Assembly (NCBI GenBank): GCA_000708835.1
Contig: DF237036.1
Location: 153,447 to 217,446 of the forward strand
From: Klebsormidium nitens
Lineage: Eukaryota; Plantae; Klebsormidiophyceae
Direction of reading: 5' to 3'
DNA: 64,000 nt
The stretch's first letter is position 1. Every line of letters begins with the position of its first letter. The notes under the pieces were generated by a model. It saw only the letters and a program-made list of their open reading frames with translations, was not told where the DNA came from and did not search any database. A program made the position numbers and the translations under genes. Below are positions 24,781 to 36,500 of this stretch, one piece after another.

Positions 24781-27700
24781 CTACAGCAGAGCGGTAGCTA
24801 CTACGGCTGCCAGCGACACAAGACAGCTGGCAGTCCAACCTGGGCTTATACTCTTTGCTCCGCTTCTCCTGGATGGCTGAGGGGCGCCAGGAACTGTCAG
24901 TGTGCCGCCTGCAAGTGTGAAGATACGCGGTTCGAAAAGGTTCACGCACCGAGGAGACTAACCAACATTCTTACAGCAGGCCCGCCCTCATGAACGCTTT
25001 CCAACGAGTCTCCTTAAAGCGGACTTTGTAATTGTCGCCAAAAGCGTCTTTCGGGACTTGAAGCGTCGAAAAAAGACAAGCGGCTGACCGACGCAAGAGA
25101 TGACCGCTGCCCAATCAGCCTGCCAAAACGGACACTCCTAGAGACCGGCTGACGGGATCAGGGATGGACCTCAAGCTCATTGGCGAGTCATAATCGTCGA
25201 CAAAAACTTTCCGCCAGTTCTTTCTCCAACGATAAGGAGCCAACAGAAGCCAACCCAACTTGTAAACGGCAATGTGCTCATGATGCAACAGTTTTCATAG
25301 GTGGTTAGAACAGCACGTGTCTTGGAAGCGGGTTCGGAAGGCGCGCTCAAAACCTTCGTCGATCAGATTACATAGAAGACCGAAAAACAAGATCGGGGAC
25401 TCGATTGAGGAGATACCCAAGACGGACAAGGGGATCTACGACTCCATTCAAGAGCCATTGGTCGAGATGTTATCGTTCGGCAAGGTTGGATCAAAACGCG
25501 ACCATTTTCCTTTGCGGTCTGTTTCAGACATACGGAACCCAAGCGGTGTGAAGCTTTCCACTTACTTGAAGAACTATCCAGAGCAGTGACCGGCGTCGCG
25601 ACTGGGGCGGGCCAGTTGCTGAACAAAATCAATCATGATTGCTCGGGAAATAAGCAAAATATGCGCCCAAGGCAGGGCGACACAACAATTGTCGCTTACT
25701 TGAGGAACTGTTCTGTGTGACGACCGGCGTCGCGACCGGGGCGGGCCCGGGAGCCCCCGGGAAGACGAAGCCCGGGGGGATCATCACCGTGTTGATGCCG
25801 TGTAACGCACAGAGGGGCTGAACGAGTGCCAAGTCGGGCTCCGTTACGGCGCCACTAGACCCGGGGGGCCCGACGAAGAGGGTGGACTGGTTCAAGGAGA
25901 AGACGGGGATAGGCAGGCCCTGTGAAAACGGATACAGTTCGGTAAGACTGACCGGGTCGGTGTGTTCGTGCCAAAGCCTGTCGCCTTCTTTGTTCCGTCG
26001 CCTCTGATACGAAGAGAGCAACGGCATCGGTTATACTTCAGTGTTATAAGGCATGATTTTCTCGAACAGGTCACGGGAGACTAAGCAACTCGTGATCCTG
26101 GACTTTTCTTCAGTTAAAAGCGCAGCGTCTTCTGCTCCGACGCACTTGGATAACTGCATCTGTGAAGCTGCGTGCACACTGACCTGTAGCTCTGACGACA
26201 GGCTGACGTTGCCCTTGCTCAGCAGCGACGCCGCGGGGTGGTACCCGTCTGCCACGTGGTAGAGCAGTATTCGCTGCAGGACGTCCGAGCTGGCGCCGAG
26301 CTTGAGAAGCAGCGCGGGGGGAATGGCGTTGAAGGCGTCGTCCGTGGGGCCGAAGATTGTCACCGGAATGGTAAGAGTCCTGAGAAAAGGGGCGAACAAT
26401 GAGATTAAAAAACGAGCAAGTGGTAGAATTTGAGAAGCAGCGCGGGGGGAATGGCGTTAAAAGCATCGTCCGTGGGGCCGAAAATCGTGACCGGAATGGT
26501 GAGAGTCCTGAGAAAAAGAGCGAAGAAAGAGGGTTAAAAACAACCAGTGCTAAGCATCGAAGCAGCGCTGGCGGACTGCCGTTGAAAGTTTCGTCGGTGG
26601 GGCCGATGTCTTCTTAAGATGGAAGGAGCGAGGAAGGCTGAAGAGAGAGCGAACGCGACCGAAAGATTCGCGCCTTAATAGATCCTGGTAACAAGCTGCT
26701 ACTTTGAAAGCAGGTCGGTAGGGCCAGTGATTGCGACTGTAGGCGCGAGCGTCGTGAAGGTTCTCAAAGGACGGAAAGGCACTTCAAAAAATTGGCTGGG
26801 CTCTGAACCGGCTTCAATAAGGCCGAAGTTTTGATGGACTGGTGAAAATCCCGAAGGAAAAGGCGACGGAGCTCCCAATGTCAGGGTCGGACAAAGAAAC
26901 AGCAGAACTTGAGGTCTATAGGCGGACGATGCTGTTAGGAAACGACGAAGGGACACCTCGCTCCGGGAGAAAAGGGTTGAAGTACCATTGGTGGGGCCGA
27001 GTACTGTAGCGGAAAGAGCAATGATGACCTTAACGAAAAGAGGGAGCACGAGGGAATAAAGTTGAGATTTGGACGGGACAATGAAAGGAGGTTTCGAAGA
27101 TGATAGCAACTTCCACGCGATCATAAGAAAAGAATGTTGGCAGCCCCCATAAAGACTATACTGCCCCGCTTCTGGTCTTCCCAAGGGTTCAGCTCTTGGA
27201 TGCAGAATGGGCAGGCAGGTCTGATGTAGGCGTTTAATTGCTTAGCCTAAGCACCTGCTTTTGACCTTCAAGCGACCACATACTTGAAGCACTTCACAAG
27301 GAAACCTGACTTGGAAGTACAAAATAAGCACACCCCTGTTGCTTTTTGGCAGTAAAGCTACTAGAAGGGAAAGTTATTTTTGAATGCCAGACGCTTTACC
27401 AAGAAGAGACGCACCAAAGGTTGAACTTGGCCATACCTGATTGCTAAGTCCAAGCCGGTTGCTTGGAGAACCTGAACTAGCTGTCTGTAACGGCCAGTAT
27501 TTACAGCTGTTTCTAGGATGGTGCTGCAAGGGAAAGCAGACGGCGCGGGGGCAGGCGCAGGGCCCGGTTGGGGGGCCGGCGCAGGCTCAGGGGCTGGCTG
27601 GGGGGCCGGTGCGGGGACAGGTACTGGAGCTGGGGCCGGGGCTGTGAACGCAGATGGATAAATTGATAAATAAATATTTGAATGAATATATGGAGAGATT

Positions 27701-29685
27701 AACCAAAAACAAAGCAATAATGAAGCCTGACTTGATACCAACAGAAGGTCTTCACAAGAACGATCTCTTGCTGATACTTCTTCTGGGAGGCCAACGCGGG
27801 CTGGGGTGCCGGCGCAGGAAGAGGCACTGGGGCTGGGGCTGTGGAACAATAATGTCTCAGAAAACTCTCTAAAATCTGGTTTGAGAAAGCTTGGAGTCGT
27901 GACGAGACTGACTGATTTGCTGGAAGAAGATTCCATCTGCTTATATCTCTATGCTTATATCTCTTTTGAAATGTACTCCTACCGGTTCTGACATCCTGAC
28001 AGAGGAGAGACCTTGACTGGTGTTTTGCCATCGTGAAGAGTTCCATTGACAATTTTTTTGATACACTGGTGAAAAACTCTATGCTGAAAAGGTAATAAGG
28101 TCCATAGAAGCAGGTCGAGGGAGCCTACCGGGAAGCACAGGTCCCCCAAAGAGGGGCGGTGTGGTCGGCATGAGGCCTGAAGAAACCGGGATGGTGAAGG
28201 GAACGATGATGCCGTTGAAGCCATGTACAACGCAGTCAGCAGCAACGATAGTATCCGGCGCGGTGATGGGGAAACTATCCACCTGCATGCGGCAGGCGAG
28301 CTGGTGAGCAGATTGTTCTGAATGCTCTCTTACATAGCACAGCCGTGAGTGCACAAGGAGATTCTGAACCATGCTCTGACATCGGGTAAAGTGGACAGGT
28401 ATGAAGTGGAAAGACAGGTGGAAAGAACTTGAAGGTCCTGTTCAAAAAGAAGTAGTAACACATTCAGAAGCTACTGTCAATCACGCTTTCAGGTTGCACC
28501 CTGCGCACAGGTGTTGGGGAGCAGTGGAGGTTCCTCTGATATTGTTTGCCACTTTTCTGTCATTGAGTCATCAAGCGCGCTTGTGCTAGTATCTTTCCAG
28601 ACCCTTCACGTAACAGGCCTAGGCTCTGAAAACGGAATTTCCTGCTGGAAGCTGAACTGAACCCTTTTGAACTGCACGTCCAAAGCTCTGCCGTAGAATG
28701 AAGAATAATCAAGAAAATCAGGCATTGAAAACCCCAAATGCAATGATTTGAGAATACATCACATCAGCCAACGTCCTTAAAATCCCTGTCATGCAAGCAC
28801 GCACAGAGGGTGTCTATCAACAGGGCCCCTCCCTGATAGGCTTGTGTTTTTCATGTGGTTTGCATAACATCACTCAGAAGATGACAAAACAGGAAACCCT
28901 GATGGGGCAATGGCCCAACTGAGGAGTGATGATCCTGGAAAGTATCATACAACAAAAAGGCCCGTAGCCAACAGCTTAGCTGACTCATATACTGAGTAAG
29001 TTGGAGATGCACATTTAGCAGAGCTGAATGCTGCCCTAAGCAATCAAGCAAGGGCGCCAGAACCACCATGAAACGGCCCTTTTTCCCATTTGAAGGACAC
29101 TGTTTGCCCTCAGGATCAGCACCGACCCTTTGGACAAAGATTGAGCGTTCTCTTTGTTTGCAACTTTGGAAAGGAACTAGATGCTGCCCTGAGCAATGAG
29201 TGATGGGGCCCCAAACACAGATTCACGTAGAACAGGTGACTTAGACTCACCTGAAGGACACTAGTTGCTCTGAGAATGAGCAGAGGCTCCCCAGACAAAG
29301 AGATGAGCGTCTCGTTGTTTGTGAACCGGGCGGCCGGCAAGCTCCCTCCCACCGCGTGTGAGAAAAGGAGCCTTTGCAAAACGAGCGCGTTCGCCGGTGT
29401 CGTCAAAAACGTCGTTGCATTGGGAGACATACCGTCCCAGGCCCCATCTAGCGGGGCAAAGACGGTGATTCCACCACCGCTATTAGCGATAGCGTCCAGC
29501 AACCCTGGCGCAAGGCCTACTGAGCTGATGTAAGCGGCAAATTTGGAGAACTGGGAGGCTTGCGAGAGGGAGCGGAGGCACGGAGAGGAGCTGTTTGACA
29601 AGGATGACGACTGTGCGCAAGAGCGGGTGGCGAAGAAGAGGAGAAAGATAAGGAACAGGGGCACAAGTCGCGTATGCCCCGCCAT
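24781..29685 (-). CDS. Fasciclin-like arabinogalactan protein: signal peptide, two FAS1 domains, AP-rich linkers and a GPI-type C-terminus; about 445 aa
   Basis: Six phase-compatible exons: 29685-29251 (signal; ITVFAPLDGAW), 28282-28129 (VVHGFNGIIVP), 27641-27437 (APAPAPVP..), 26379-26184 (VTIFGPTDDAF..ILLYHVADG), 25919-25700 (ALHGINTVMIP), 24908-24781 (..SGAKSISPGWTASCLVSLAAVVATALL*). Total 1338 nt. Confidence 0.88.
26410..27040 (-). repeat. Stacked copies of the FLA exon-4 acceptor junction
   Basis: A near-perfect ~75-nt copy with intact acceptor (tttttctcag|GACTCTCACC) starts at 26507. Progressively decayed 'ggggccga'-containing copies lie at ~26600, ~26720 and ~26990. Confidence 0.85.
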
Positions 29686-30585
29686 CAACACGGGAAAAGG
29701 AGCGAAGGCCTAGATCCAAAAGCTGACTATCGCATGCTTCTCAGAGCCAGAAGTGTAGTTTTGCCACTACTGGACCCTCTCGGAACTGACAACCTACTTT
29801 ACGTTTAAGTTTACACATAAGAAAGTTTCTCAACAGCGGCTCCTTGCTGTCTGATACAGCTTGTAAAGAGCAGGAGATGACTGCCGCTAGCTCCACTCAA
29901 CTTAGACTTGCCGTCGCAAGCGCTCAATTCCTCAACACGGCATTGCTCCGTCATAGATTTGACCAGCTTTCAACCATGGAGAAACTGCGAGCGCCCTGAA
30001 TTTTAAATGAGGCGGCCACTCCACCCAGTGATGTCTGCAGAGCACTGCCTTACGTGAAGGCGCCTCCTGCTGGCTGTGATGTGATCCCTTGCTTACCTTG
30101 GTATGTACAATTTTCCGCAAGTGAAGAAAGGAGAGTGCCCCTGCCAGCTTTCATGAATCATGATCAGTTCGTAGCTTGACTGCCAGCGTGGCAAACGTGC
30201 ATGTTGACTTCGGCCCTAGGTTTGGGGTTTTGTGCGCACCCAGAACGGAACGGAAACGGAAAGATTTTGATCGTATGCCAGATTTTGGGCCTGCATATGC
30301 GATCTGAATGCCAAAGACCTAGAAGACTGTTGTCAAATCGCCCTTGGACTGCAGAGAGTCCCAAGCCGTCCCTATTACTGAACCGCTTATATCAGCGCTT
30401 ATATGTCGCTTACCAAGTTTGACCAGAGTGGGTGAAGCGATCCGTGCTTTGATAATTGCATGTAGGGTTTGCAAGCTGACAATAGAGGGCAATGCACCAG
30501 CTAGCTAGAGCTTCATACAGGCCATCTTTGTTTCACTGCTTGGAAGGAAGTTTTGGAGCTCCCAGGGCGCTGGCCATGCTCTGGA

Positions 30586-33500
30586 ATGGCCAGGGGTCTC
30601 TCGAGGTTTGCAGATGTGACTCACGCGCCGCGCTCATTCAGGACAGGGCCCAGCCAGATGCACCGACATCGGAAGCGAGCATCAGCAGCATGGGCCTGCC
30701 AAGGCATACTATTGCTCCTGGTCACGACACTGCTGAGCACTCTGTTGCTCTGGAGCAGAGGGAGAGGCCTTTCACGGCCTGCGACCACCTCACAGGATGT
30801 CTTGCCCAAAGTAAGTAGTGTAGGATCCTGTTGTTGTGGAATGAAATCCTGGTGTATATGCATAATCAATTGGCATTGCATGATGCAGATGTAAGCTTGA
30901 TCGCTTTAGATCAATGCACGAGTTTTTGTGCGCAGCGTTGATTGATTGCAGCCCCATTGATGCACCTCTCAGTTGTAGGTGGTTTGCACCTCTCTGCTCC
31001 AACATTGCTGACATTGTTAGCTGACCTTATTCAGCTGTGTCAGTTCATATCAGTGTCATCAGTTCGAGAAAGCAGGTTCTATTTCACCGAGATCCTACCA
31101 GCAGAATTTTGACTTTTTGTTCTGTGACCGCTTCTGCCACGATGTATTGAGGCTGTGCACTGGATTCTGCACTTTTAACCACATAATTCTTACGTCCTAA
31201 CCAACTTTCATGTAATTCTTATTCTTGTTCGGAAAGGGCTTCAGGGTGGCCATCTCCAGACTAAGCTGGCAATTCAAGCATAGTCTTGTTGGAGGCGTCG
31301 CTGAACTTGAGCTTGACAGTTATGCCTTCTCCTGCCAGGCCAGGAACATAGGAGTGCACTCAGTGCTGACTGCATCGCAGAACAAGACGAATAGCAACGG
31401 AGAAGCAGGGCCGGAGTTTAGTCTGTGGTCTTCAGAGGAAGAGACAAGGAGGTGGAAGGCATGCTACCAGCGAAGACCGGAGTGGCCAGAACCGCCCCCT
31501 CAGGATCAGTCAAGCGGCTATCTACATGTGGCCTTGTCCGGGGGCCTGAACCAGATGCGAGTTGGGGTGAGCAAAACTCAGAGGGACATGGTAAATCTTG
31601 TTCGAGACCGGTGTCCGTGGCGAAGAAGGTGATTGTCCAAGTAGAAACAATCTCAGGTACGATCTTGGAACGAGAAGGAGCTTCTTTAAAAAAGGCCAAC
31701 CGTACGAGTGAGCGAACGAGAAGCGGCTTTCAAGCTGTAACGAAGATTCGCTGCACCTTCGCATTCTGAACGTGGAAGTAGACCTCTTGTTCCAGTGTTT
31801 CTTTTATCTCTCTCTCAAAATGCTGCTTTGACCCCATGCCTCGAATTCTGGTCAAGGCACTGATCATAGGCAGACTTCTTTCTCGTCCTCTGGTCTTCAC
31901 ACTCTTGAATCATATCTGTCAATCAATGCGGAACTTCCTTTACTTATGTTTATATCGACTTTAGTTCAAGAACATAAGTTGTATTGTTTCGAATCAACTG
32001 CTGTTGCAAGTCCACGTTCAGGGTCTCAGGTTCTGGCGCCAGTAGAAACTTTGCCTATCGTAATGCGGCCCAATATCTTGTCCTTCTAGACCATTCCGGA
32101 TTCCCATTCCAACCAAAAATCATTATTCTGGTAAATATCACCGCCTCTATCTCACAGAAGGGTAAATACTGACTGATAAGGTGTGGAACGGGCCTTTCAC
32201 ACCTCCGGTTATATGTGGTAGGCCGCTGTCTTCCTGCAGCTCTGCGATGCCGTGGTGGTTGCCCGGGTACTCAATGCCACCCTCGTTGTTCCCCACTTCG
32301 ACAAAGATTCTTGGTGGGACGATCACAGGTGCGGGCTCCGATTTCATTTGAAAGGTCGCTGGTCCTTAAAGCTCAAGAGATGCAAGGGGAGAGGGTCTTG
32401 CAAGCTGCAATCTCGTAAGATTGTCAGATTGATTGCGAGAAGGATGTTCTCCTGGCCTTGATCAAGTTTTGTGAAAGGAACGTTGCTTTCTCGAACCCAG
32501 TCAATTCTCGAGATTTTTGTCGTCCTGCCCTTCCGAGCAACGCCAGCTGATTGCAAAGTGCCGGAGTTCCTGATTGAACGAGGTTTTTGTGTAGGACCAA
32601 CAGAGCCGCGTTCCTCGAGGTGTAGCTGTTGCTTCTGTCAAACTCAGCTGTAGGCATGGCTCTTCCATATACTTCCGCTTTCATTCCTCCCCAGAAATCT
32701 CCGTTCCTTCGTAGTCTAGGACTCTCTCGTCGAAGAAGATCACTTGATTCACATTTTGACAGCATTGCCACAGATCCTCCCAAAACCGAAAGTTGCTCTT
32801 TGTGAACCCCTTGTGCCACTCCACCGACACCTTGAGAGCATTGGTACAACATATGCAGAGAAAAGACGGATACTTTGTTGAGGATCCCCATAAATGAGAC
32901 CACTTATTAGACATTTCACACTCTCGTCGTATCTACGTGCGCAGTAGTCTCGAAGAGGTCTTCGATGTGGATCACCTCATCGAAGCCCTGCAAGCAGACG
33001 TGCGCATCGTGAAAGCCGTTCCCGATGCGCTCGCGACTGCCAAAGTCACCTCCAAGCTGTACCCACGGAAGTCCACGCCCCAATTCTATGTCGAGCACGC
33101 ACTCCCCCTACTCCGGTGAGAGAGAACTCTGGAACATCAGCTATCCGATTCTGGACGTTATATTGTTCTTCTGCGCCTGGAAACAGTCCGCTATAAGTCA
33201 CCTCCAAGCTGTATCCACTGAGTCCTCGCGCCACTTCTTGTCGAGCACGCACTTCCGTACGCAATTGAGACAATCTTCAAAAGCATCGCTTGTAACCCGG
33301 GTTTTGGGACCCTAATTGCCTCACGAACTCCAAGGTTTTGATGTAGTTGGATCAAGGCGCGAGAAACTTACGAACTGGATGCGGCAAGTTTGAACGTTCC
33401 TGCCACGTGGCGGGGAAAATTACGCCATCTTTTAAGCCCTTTCACCCCTGGCTTGAGTCTCGAGGTTATGATCAGTGTTTGCATGTGCTTCAGGATCCAC

Positions 33501-36500
33501 AAATTGTCACTTTTGGGAATCTCGATTTAAGCGCTGTGATTTGTCTCACTTTTGCAAGGGGCCGCTGAACTCGATTTTTAATTCGTCCAGTACGTGCCCC
33601 ATAAGCTATCGGGCCTTTGCAGAGTCTGCAGTGGATCTTGCGTGAGCTGCCACTGTGAAGAAGCGTGAAGCATCACCCGGAAGCTCATGCTTGAAGAAGA
33701 CTTTGCGATGACCGTGCTTGGTGCGTTGCTTCCAGGAGCAAAGGCCAGCTGGAGCTTCGCAAGTTCGACTTCAGATTGGCGGACCGCATCGACGAGGACC
33801 TTCAGAAGGTTAGAGCCGAGTATCCCATCATTGTTATAGTTACCTTCTTTGTCTTCTCTTGTATGGACCCGGTCGATTGATGGATGCAAGCTTTCCTGCA
33901 TATCTTTGCGCACCCATCAATGCCTTTGATTGAAGTGGAAAAAGGCAGGCTATGTTTCCTTTGGCTCTTGTCAGGCCCCTTTCTGGCCAGGGAGAAACGG
34001 TTTGCCTTTACAAACGGTGCACTCCTCATCGCCTGCTCGCAAATGCCGGCTGACGTTAGCGAGGCTGCTTTTTTGAGCCGTGGCAATGATAATTCGGTGG
34101 GTTTGTTTCTTACTCACGGGCAAGTCCTTCATCGCTTGACGCCACTTTTGTATCCTCTTTCGCCCACCAAGCACACGCATGAGCAACGGCCTTCGCTATC
34201 CTTCAGCATGACGTCCAATGGCGGCTTTCTTTTCGGCTCTCGTTTGTGCGACTGAGACTGGACCCAACTGATTGGTCAAAGGACTCTCTTTTATTGCGAT
34301 TCCTGCACGCTTTGATCAAGTGGTTAGCACAAAAGACGAACCTCGGCGCTCATCTAGCACGAGGATTGCCTCGCATGGCAAAGATCGTCGATTCCTTGCA
34401 GTGTTTCGTTGGACTTGAGAATCTTCCGCCCGTCAGCACGACATAAGCCAAAGCGAGTTCGTCTTGGTGACCGGTGGCAGTGATCATTAATAGTGGCTTT
34501 TCGCGTTCACCCATTCCAACTCTTGCCCACTCTTGTGACGCCCCGTCAATATCGTTTCTAAATGGGGCCGAACGTTCCGACAATGGCCCTTGAACCGCAA
34601 TTGCGTGGTCGACTCCGTTTCAAACTTGGCGATCTCAAAAAATGGTAGACGGTGGCACTGACGACTGCTCATGGGTACGCTTCTTTGCCAATGTTGGATC
34701 ACTTCACCCCTGATGCCACGCCAATATCCTCGAAAAATGCCAAGTGCACAGAAGGCGGCTCTCAAACTGGCCTTCGGCTGCTTTCGCGTGTCGGACTCTG
34801 TTTCAGTACCTCGAACATGGTAACGCGTTGCTGGTGACCAGTGGCCGTGATGAGCAACAGTGGGTACTCTAATTTACCCATGTCTGGTTTGTTCGAAGAG
34901 ATGCTACGTCGCTATCGTTTTCAAGAGACTGACTGGCGGATCAGTGGCCCTCAGACCGACCTTCCGGCTGCTTTTGGGATGCTTTTGCGTGTTCGACGTT
35001 GTTTCAGCACCTCAAAGATGGTGACGAGTTGCGGGTGAGTGGTGGCAGTGGTAATTAACAGCGGGTACACTTAATTACCATGTGATCTCCGCTTTTTGCT
35101 GAGGCCACGTTGTCTGTCCTGTTTGAATAGACCAAGTGTGTGGAACAGTGGCTCTCAGACCCGTGTTCGACTGCGATTGCATATCCGAACTGATTTCAGC
35201 ATCTCAAACATAGTGGATTTATGTTGTTGTTTGAGGGCAGTGATGAACAGCAATGGGTATCCTTGTTTTACCCAGTTGGTCTTTGTTCATGACTGATGCC
35301 ACGTAGATTCCCTTTTCAGAACGGCCAAGTACGCAGCCGAGTGGTTCTCAGATTCGACTTTAAGTGCAGCAGTGTACCCGACTCTATTTCAGCACCTCGA
35401 ACATGGTGACATTCTGCTGGTGACTGGTGGCAGTGACGACTGTTAGTGGGTAATCTTGTTTACCCATGAAGCTTACTTCGACACTGAAGCCACGTACTAT
35501 CGTTTTCAATTGGGCCGGATGTCCGGAACAGTGGCCCGCAGTCCCACTTTCGGCTGCTTGCGGGTGTTTGACAATGTTTTAGCACCTCGGACATGGTGGG
35601 TGTATGCTGGTGACTGGGGGCAAGGACGAGAATTAGTATGTATTCTTGTCTACTCACTTCGCTCCTAACTGAGTTTGATGCCACGTCGAGATCCTATCAA
35701 AGAGGCCGAGTGGTCGGAACAGTGGCCTTCTAGACTGACCTCCCTGCTGCTTTTGCGTGTTCTGACTCTGTTTTAGCACCCCAAACATGGGATCCTCTGC
35801 TAGTACCCGGTGGCAGTGATGAGCAGTAGTGGGTAATGTTGTTTGCCCACTCCGTCTTGGTTAGTCTTCGATGCCCTGTCGTTGTCCTTCCCAAAAAGAC
35901 CCAACGTGGCCCTCAGACCGTTATTGACTGCGACTGCGCTTGTTTCAGCACCTCATACATGGCGGGTTTACAGCTGGTGACGGGTGGCGATGCCTCGATT
36001 CTTGTCGATGCGCTGTTGTGCCTTTCCAGGACAGTGGCTCTCAGGCTAATCCTCGCTGCTTTTGCGTGACTTTGTGTCAGCGCTTCGAAGATGGTGACAA
36101 TTCGCCGGTTTAAGTGGTGGCAAAAAAAACAGTAGTGGGTACTCTTAGTTAACCCATCTTTTGCTTCGTCAACTCCGATGCCATGTCATAGTCCTTCTCA
36201 AAGAGGCCAAGCGCCCAGAATAGTGGCTCTCAGATCGACCGCTGGCTGCTTTCACGTCTTCGACTCTGTTTCAGCTCCTTAGAGTACATAGCAACTTGAT
36301 GCCGGTCACCGGTAACCGGTGGCAGTGACGAGTACCAGTGGGTATTCTGGTTCACAAACGGCGGTTTTGCACAAACTTGATGGCATGTCAATATCGTTTT
36401 CAGAGGGACCAAGCGCACCGAATAGTGAACCCTTGAACCCTTGGCTGCTTCCGCGTGTACGACTCTGTCTGAGTGCCTTGAACCTGGTGACCGTTTGCTG

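Noticed and set aside
24660-24900. Conserved non-coding element shared with 18700-18930
   Set aside because: It is explained as the last FLA exon plus 3' UTR and its pseudogene copy.
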